Below, piece after piece: positions 23,082 through 24,000 of a stretch of DNA of 24,000 bases. The stretch comes from Patescibacteria group bacterium (GTDB lineage: Bacteria > Patescibacteriota > Saccharimonadia > Saccharimonadales > OMJO01). The notes under the pieces were generated by a model. That model did not search any database and was not told the DNA's origin. It worked only from the letters and a program-made list of their open reading frames with translations. The position numbers were made by a program, and so were the translations under genes. Where the stretch lies: positions 3,677-27,676 of the forward strand of contig JBBTTS010000004.1 of NCBI GenBank assembly GCA_038064135.1. The letters are read 5' to 3'. The first letter of the stretch is position 1; the number at the start of each line of letters is the position of its first letter.

Positions 23082-24000
23082 TTGCAAGTTTTACCACATA
23101 AAAATCAAACACGAAAATCTAAAAAAATCTTACAAAAAATTGGACTAGTTCTGGTCGCTTTTTTAATTTTTGTATCAGGCTGGGGTGTGGGCAACGGTAT
23201 TATCGGTATCCCCGCTAAAAAAATTAATACCAATAAACAATTGCCAAGTGACTTAAATTACAAAACGGTCGAACAAGTTTATGATAGCTTAAAGTCTAAC
23301 TTTGACGGCGAACTTAGTGAAAGCGAGCTATTAGATGGCTTAAAACAAGGTCTTGCTAAAGCCTCTAAAGACCCATATACCGAATATTTAAATATCGAAG
23401 ACGCCAAAGAATTTAGCGAAGATATTACAGGCACCTTTACCGGCATTGGTGCCGAACTAGAACGCGAAGAAAAAAATATCATCATTGTATCGCCAATAAG
23501 TGGATTTCCAGCCGAAAAAGCTGGCCTGAGGCCGCGTGACATTGTTGCCGAAATTGACGGCAATAGCGCTTATGATATTAGTGTTCAAGAGGCCGTTAAA
23601 AAAATTCGCGGCCCTGAAAACACTGTAGTTAAACTTAAAATTGTGCGCTCTGGTTCGCAAGTAATAGACGTTGAAATCACTCGGGCCAAAATTTCTATAC
23701 CAAGTGTTGAACAAAAAATCCTGGACGGCAACATCGGCTATGTTAAAATTTCTCGCTACGGAGATGACACGACTAGGTTAGTTCGAGATGCCGCACTTAG
23801 TTTTAAATCTAAAAACGTAAAAGGTGTAATTTTAGATGTTCGTAATGACCCTGGCGGACTGCTTGATGCGGCTGTTGACGTGTCGAACATTTGGCTCGAA
23901 AAAGGCAAAACTATTCTAGAAGAAAAACGTGGAAACGTTGTGGTAAAGCAATTTAATGCAAAAAATACACCGATTCTTAAAGGTGTACCAACAGTAGTTT
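23082..24000 (+). CDS. S41 C-terminal processing (tail-specific) peptidase with a PDZ domain. The 3' end lies beyond the window. Absent from the supplied ORF track.
   Basis: Manual translation from TTG 23082, with SD GGAGGG at 23072-23077. TM anchor LQKIGLVLVAFLIFVSGWGVG, PDZ block GIGAELEREEKNIIIVSPISGFPAEKAGLRPRDIVAEIDG, and S41 block GVILDVRNDPGGLL. The frame stays open to nt 24000. Confidence 0.85.
   Translation, partial: MQVLPHKNQTRKSKKILQKIGLVLVAFLIFVSGWGVGNGIIGIPAKKINTNKQLPSDLNYKTVEQVYDSLKSNFDGELSESELLDGLKQGLAKASKDPYTEYLNIEDAKEFSEDITGTFTGIGAELEREEKNIIIVSPISGFPAEKAGLRPRDIVAEIDGNSAYDISVQEAVKKIRGPENTVVKLKIVRSGSQVIDVEITRAKISIPSVEQKILDGNIGYVKISRYGDDTTRLVRDAALSFKSKNVKGVILDVRNDPGGLLDAAVDVSNIWLEKGKTILEEKRGNVVVKQFNAKNTPILKGVPTVV

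Noticed and set aside
1-24000. Scan for tRNA/rRNA genes, CRISPR arrays, transposases or integrases, terminal inverted repeats, prophage genes, and UGA recoding
   Set aside because: No intergenic gap exceeds about 92 nt, and none folds as a cloverleaf by eye. There are no spaced direct-repeat arrays and no recombinase-like ORFs. TGA clearly terminates three well-aligned genes and RF2 is present, so an alternative genetic code is not supported.

Overview
Compact, nearly gap-free, AT-leaning bacterial chromosome segment. It is dominated by single-copy housekeeping genes, mostly on the + strand: uppS, rseP, a CPBP protease, proS, greA, lysS, rsmE, serS, hpf, secA, an M16 peptidase, prfB and ftsEX. 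Several traits suggest a reduced-genome monoderm, plausibly CPR/Patescibacteria (Saccharibacteria-like); this placement is inference only. The traits are a ProRS lacking the INS editing domain, tiny intergenic spacers with ATGA-type overlaps, a coiled-coil+CHAP hydrolase directly after ftsEX, and Bacillus-like hpf-secA-prfB-ftsEX-ctp synteny. The genetic code looks standard, because TGA is used as a stop and RF2 is present. Two edge-truncated CDS are missing from the supplied ORF track and were found by manual translation: a secreted alpha/beta hydrolase (1-1135, minus strand) and an S41 C-terminal processing peptidase (23082-24000, plus strand). I found no rRNA, tRNA, CRISPR array, transposase or integrase. 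The most interesting items are these. (1) A 7-TM protein (9981-10877) aligns by eye to heliorhodopsins but has Val at the retinal Schiff-base lysine position and Thr at the counterion Glu position. It sits next to a surface LRR protein and a MacB-type ABC transporter. (2) A divergent pair of a wHTH-Nudix fusion and a Cas4-like PD-(D/E)XK nuclease shares a 92-bp control region containing a palindrome. (3) There is a recurrent leaderless-type architecture: a TATAAT-like box 6-9 nt upstream of an ATG with no Shine-Dalgarno. The clearly SD-led genes include the GTG- and TTG-initiated genes (rsmE, secA, the S41 peptidase). (4) An ftsE-ftsX-(coiled-coil CHAP)-S41 peptidase module resembles a PcsB-type division hydrolase system.
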